Assembly: GCA_041946805.1 (NCBI GenBank)
Contig: JBHGBC010000116.1
Coordinates: forward strand, 1 to 18,754
Length of the DNA: 18,754 bases
Direction of reading: 5' to 3'
DNA from: a bacterium
Lineage (GTDB): Bacteria; Hinthialibacterota; Hinthialibacteria; Hinthialibacterales; Hinthialibacteraceae
The position numbers and the translations under genes were made by a program. Position 1 is the first letter of the stretch; every line of letters starts with the position of its first letter. Positions 15,697 to 18,754 of this stretch are shown here, in pieces. Below the pieces are notes generated by a model, which made no database searches, was not told the DNA's origin, and was given only the letters and a program-made list of their open reading frames with translations.

Positions 15697-16788
15697 TCAC
15701 CCGTTCTTCTGCTCGAACTCCTTCAGGAAATCCACCAGGGCGCGGACGCCCTCGACCGGATGGGCGTTGTAAATGGAGGCGCGCAGGCCGCCCACGGAGC
15801 GGTGGCCCTTCAGTCCGGCCAACCCCGCGGCGCCCGCCTCCGATGCGAATTTCTTTTCCAGGTCTTCGTTATCGCCCTTCACCCGGAACACCACGTTCAT
15901 CCGGGACCGGCTGCTCTTCTCAACCGGACCGTAAAAGAGCCCCGAGGCGTCGATGGCGTCATAGAGAATCCGGGCCTTCTCGTCGTTGCGCTTTTCGATC
16001 GCGGACAATCCGCCTTCCGCCTCGATCCAATCCAGCACCAGGCCGCAGATATAAATACCGAACGTGGGCGGCGTGTTGTACAGCGAGTTGTTCTTGACGT
16101 GAATCCGGTATTGCAGCATGGTGGGCAGTTCCTTGGCGGCCCGTTCCACCAGGTCCTTGCGAATGATCACCAGAGTCACGCCCGAAGGCCCCAGGTTCTT
16201 CTGCGCGCCGGCGAAGATCAAGCCGAAGCGGGAGACGTCGATGGCGCGCGAAAGGATGTCGGACGACATGTCGGCCACCAGGGGCACGCTGCCCGTGTCG
16301 GGGAACTCCCGGAACTGGGTGCCGAAGATCGTGTTATTCGAACACATATAGACATACGAGGCGTTGGAATTGAAGGCCACGCCTTGCAGGCTGGGAAGAC
16401 GCAGAAACTTCTCGGACTCGCTGGACGCCACGATCTTGTATTCGCACAGTTTTTTGTGCTCGGCGATGGCTTTTTCGGTCCAGCTGCCAGAATGGATGAT
16501 GTCCACCGGCTGGCCCTTCCGATACAAATTCATGGGAACCATGGAGAATTGCAGGCTGGCCCCGCCCTGAAGAAACAGCACGGCGTAATCGTCCGGAATC
16601 CGGAGAATCCGGCGCAGGGAAGCCTCGGTCCGGCCCAGGATCTCCTCGAACTCCTTGGAACGGTGGCTCATCTCCATGACCGACATGCCGCAGCCGCCGT
16701 AGTTGACCATCTCCTCCCGGGCCTTTTCCAAAACCGGCAACGGCAAGACGGCGGGTCCCGCGTTGAAGTTGAAGACGCGTCCTTTCAT
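15697..16788 (-). CDS. serC: 3-phosphoserine/phosphohydroxythreonine aminotransferase
   Basis: Motifs FNFNAGPAVLP, SVMEMSHRS, FLQGGASLQF, DMSSDI, AGAQKNLGPSG (PLP lysine), SLYNTPP and GHRSVGGLRASIYNA. AAGGAG RBS upstream. Confidence 0.98.
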   Translation of the reverse strand: MKGRVFNFNAGPAVLPLPVLEKAREEMVNYGGCGMSVMEMSHRSKEFEEILGRTEASLRRILRIPDDYAVLFLQGGASLQFSMVPMNLYRKGQPVDIIHSGSWTEKAIAEHKKLCEYKIVASSESEKFLRLPSLQGVAFNSNASYVYMCSNNTIFGTQFREFPDTGSVPLVADMSSDILSRAIDVSRFGLIFAGAQKNLGPSGVTLVIIRKDLVERAAKELPTMLQYRIHVKNNSLYNTPPTFGIYICGLVLDWIEAEGGLSAIEKRNDEKARILYDAIDASGLFYGPVEKSSRSRMNVVFRVKGDNEDLEKKFASEAGAAGLAGLKGHRSVGGLRASIYNAHPVEGVRALVDFLKEFEQKNG

Positions 16789-16938
16789 GGATGGTTCTCC
16801 TTGTGTACCCCCTCGCGCATCACAGGAAAAAAGGCATGGTTCAATAATTGGGAGATTGTGTCATAAAATAGGGTGAATGGAAGTGGCGGCAGGATGGATG
16901 GAGGAGAAAAATAAGCCGCTAGGGCGTTAACATGGAAA

Positions 16939-16965
16939 TAGGGGCACGTGGCAACGTGCCCCCAC
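16939..16965. repeat. REP-like palindrome taggggcacgt-ggca-acgtgcccccac
   Basis: Near-identical to 4439-4462. Resembles GTAG-type REPs and sits between the DUF4380-like gene and serC. Confidence 0.8.
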
Positions 16966-16992
16966 GAATTGCGATTTTTCCACTCCCAGGTT

Positions 16993-18093
16993 TCAAGATC
17001 CCAGTTTCAGCGGGAGAATCACCTGATCAATGCTCTCCTCCGTCTGCGTGACCGGCTCGATCCGGAAGAGTTGCCACCGTTCGCGGTGGTACGTGGTCTC
17101 GCCCGGTTTCAGATTGACCACCGGCCCCAACGATTCGATTTCCATCATGTCCCTATTAGTGAAGATCTCCACCGACGCGCCCATATCGGGATATGTCTCG
17201 CCCGGATAGTAATCCAGTTTCTTGACGAACAGCTGATCCCCAAGGGCATACCCCGTCCAGCCCCGGGTTTGCGAAAATCCGAACTTGATGGGCTTATCCG
17301 CCGCTGGATCCTGCTGGAAGGTGATGTATTTCTTCATGTACTTCATCCGGGGATCGGTCAGGTCGGTGTAGCTCCAAAGGAACAAGGCTTGTTCGGGCAG
17401 GAAGTGGCCCGGGCCGTGGGGCGCGTAGGGCGGTGTGGAGAAGATGCCGAGGCCGCCCGCGGTCATGACCGACAAGGCCCAGGGGGCGATGGTTTCGGTC
17501 TTCAGTCCGCCGTTGGTGATCTTGTGCTCGATGGTCACCTCGCCCGCCTCGCTCATGGTGACGATCATTTGCTTCATGAACTTGACCGATTTGCGGAACG
17601 CCGGATCTTCCATCTGCTGAAGGATTTCCTGGTTGCTCTGGTACTTGGCCCGCAGTCCGGGATCGGTCACTTCGGGGGGCGCGGTGAGGGTCAGCTTGTT
17701 GCCCGCGATCTCCGCGGTGACGGGGAAATTATCGGGATAGTAGGTCACATCCACGAGTTCAGGCGCCACCCACAGCCGGTGCCCGCCATAGGAGACCCAG
17801 GTATCCCCGCCGGTCTTCCCCGCGGTCTGGGGATCCACAAACAACACATTCCGGCCGCCCACGAAGCCGAAATGGATCAACCGCGGCCCCACATCGGCGA
17901 CGGCGATGAGTTCGACTTCGCCGTTGCTCATCCGGTAGCAATTCTTCCAGCCCAGGTAATCGATTTTTTCGATGTTCACGGTACCCGCTCCTGTCGCCAT
18001 GACGAAATAACCCGAAACCGCCGTGTAAATCCCCGCGGCCGCCAACCTGCCCGCCCATCCGGCGCTCCAAATCCTATCCTTCTTCATAACCAT
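16993..18093 (-). CDS. Secreted conserved hypothetical protein, DUF4380/galactose-mutarotase-like fold
   Basis: Motifs DVGPRLIHFG, YGGHRLWVAPE…YYPDN, APWALSVM, YPDMGASVEIF and EIESLGP…LKPGE…HRERW. There is an N-terminal signal-like segment. The start could be 18093 or 18087. Family assigned from memory of the motifs. Confidence 0.7.
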   Translation of the reverse strand: MVMKKDRIWSAGWAGRLAAAGIYTAVSGYFVMATGAGTVNIEKIDYLGWKNCYRMSNGEVELIAVADVGPRLIHFGFVGGRNVLFVDPQTAGKTGGDTWVSYGGHRLWVAPELVDVTYYPDNFPVTAEIAGNKLTLTAPPEVTDPGLRAKYQSNQEILQQMEDPAFRKSVKFMKQMIVTMSEAGEVTIEHKITNGGLKTETIAPWALSVMTAGGLGIFSTPPYAPHGPGHFLPEQALFLWSYTDLTDPRMKYMKKYITFQQDPAADKPIKFGFSQTRGWTGYALGDQLFVKKLDYYPGETYPDMGASVEIFTNRDMMEIESLGPVVNLKPGETTYHRERWQLFRIEPVTQTEESIDQVILPLKLGS

Positions 18094-18259
18094 GCTCCGT
18101 CAATCCTCCGAGGAGGGAATCGAAGTGTCTCGAACAACGGATTTTGGCATATTTCGTGTGGAGTTTCGACTCCCCGCAGGGGAAAAAGGTTGAAACAAGA
18201 AGGGACTTAAGGTTTCGAGGGAATGAAAATCCCGGCAAGTGAAAAGTCCAATCGCGTTT

Positions 18260-18294
18260 CCCCTCACCCCGGCCCTCTCCCAAAGGGAGAGGGA
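18260..18294. repeat. REP-like family A hairpin
   Basis: cccctcaccccggccctctcccaaagggagaggga followed by attttgggggg, similar to the window start (ggagagggaattggggg). Confidence 0.85.
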
Positions 18295-18353
18295 ATTTTG
18301 GGGGGCTCTCTCCCAACCCGTCGAATCGATGTCCGGTCACACTCCCGGAAAAT

Positions 18354-18599
18354 GTACGCACTGACCGGATGAACCAAATATCCCGTCATCCTTGAAGACT
18401 AGTTCTAAGACGGAGCGGCCAAAAGTCACTTTATTGTGGTGCAGACATCTTGTCTATACAAAATAGGGTTGCAGGCGGGACGCCTGCGCCACAATGTATA
18501 GAACATATCAGTTGCATTTTCATGTTTTGCCGGAGCGTCTTCTAAGGAAAACATCAACGAAAACATAAGATTATTGCGGTTCATCCGACAAGTACGTAC
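18354..18599. mobile_element. Nested putative non-autonomous elements (MITE/REPIN-like)
   Basis: A 22-bp motif at 18354-18375 and an inverted copy at 18578-18599 (18/22) enclose an imperfect inverted repeat (18407-18424/18525-18541). That in turn encloses an inverted REP doublet (18434-18458/18470-18494). No transposase is present. Confidence 0.5.
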
Positions 18600-18754
18600 C
18601 TCCGACGCTCTTGGCCCAGGATTAAAACCCTGGGCTGCCGCAAAGCCGTCCCCTGAAGGGGACTCCGTAAAGGCGAGACATCACCCAATTCCAAAGAGGC
18701 ACAGTGGGGCGCAAGGGCTTTCACCATAATCCAATCCACTCACCCAGAGAGAGA

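Noticed and set aside
15625..18210. 413-aa and 420-aa + strand ORFs
   Set aside because: Antisense shadows of serC and the DUF4380-like gene.

Overview
This is a GC-rich bacterial window with eight credible protein-coding genes. On the + strand lie a secreted serine beta-lactamase/PBP-like hydrolase, a secreted GH38-like glycosidase and a solitary prepilin/pseudopilin-type protein. On the - strand follows a translationally coupled pair of very large, uncharacterised secreted proteins. The first is 1544 aa, with a CARDB-like N-terminus, a long beta-rich body, a ~300-aa Pro-punctuated amphipathic helical block and a Cys-rich beta C-terminus. The second is ~1112 aa, with about seven Fn3-like domains, one of them apparently split by a ~118-aa Thr/Pro insertion. 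The window ends with an MFS transporter (+), serC (-) and a secreted DUF4380-like protein (-). Intergenic DNA is a dense mosaic of several short palindromic (REP-like) families and putative MITE termini, with no transposase in the window. The pilin signature suggests a Candidatus Hinthialibacterota/OLB16- or Sumerlaeota-like host (inference). The best candidate for an undescribed system is the two-gene giant secreted-protein operon at 5604-13557. No rRNA, tRNA or CRISPR array was recognised. All domain calls come from reading motifs by eye; no searches were run.
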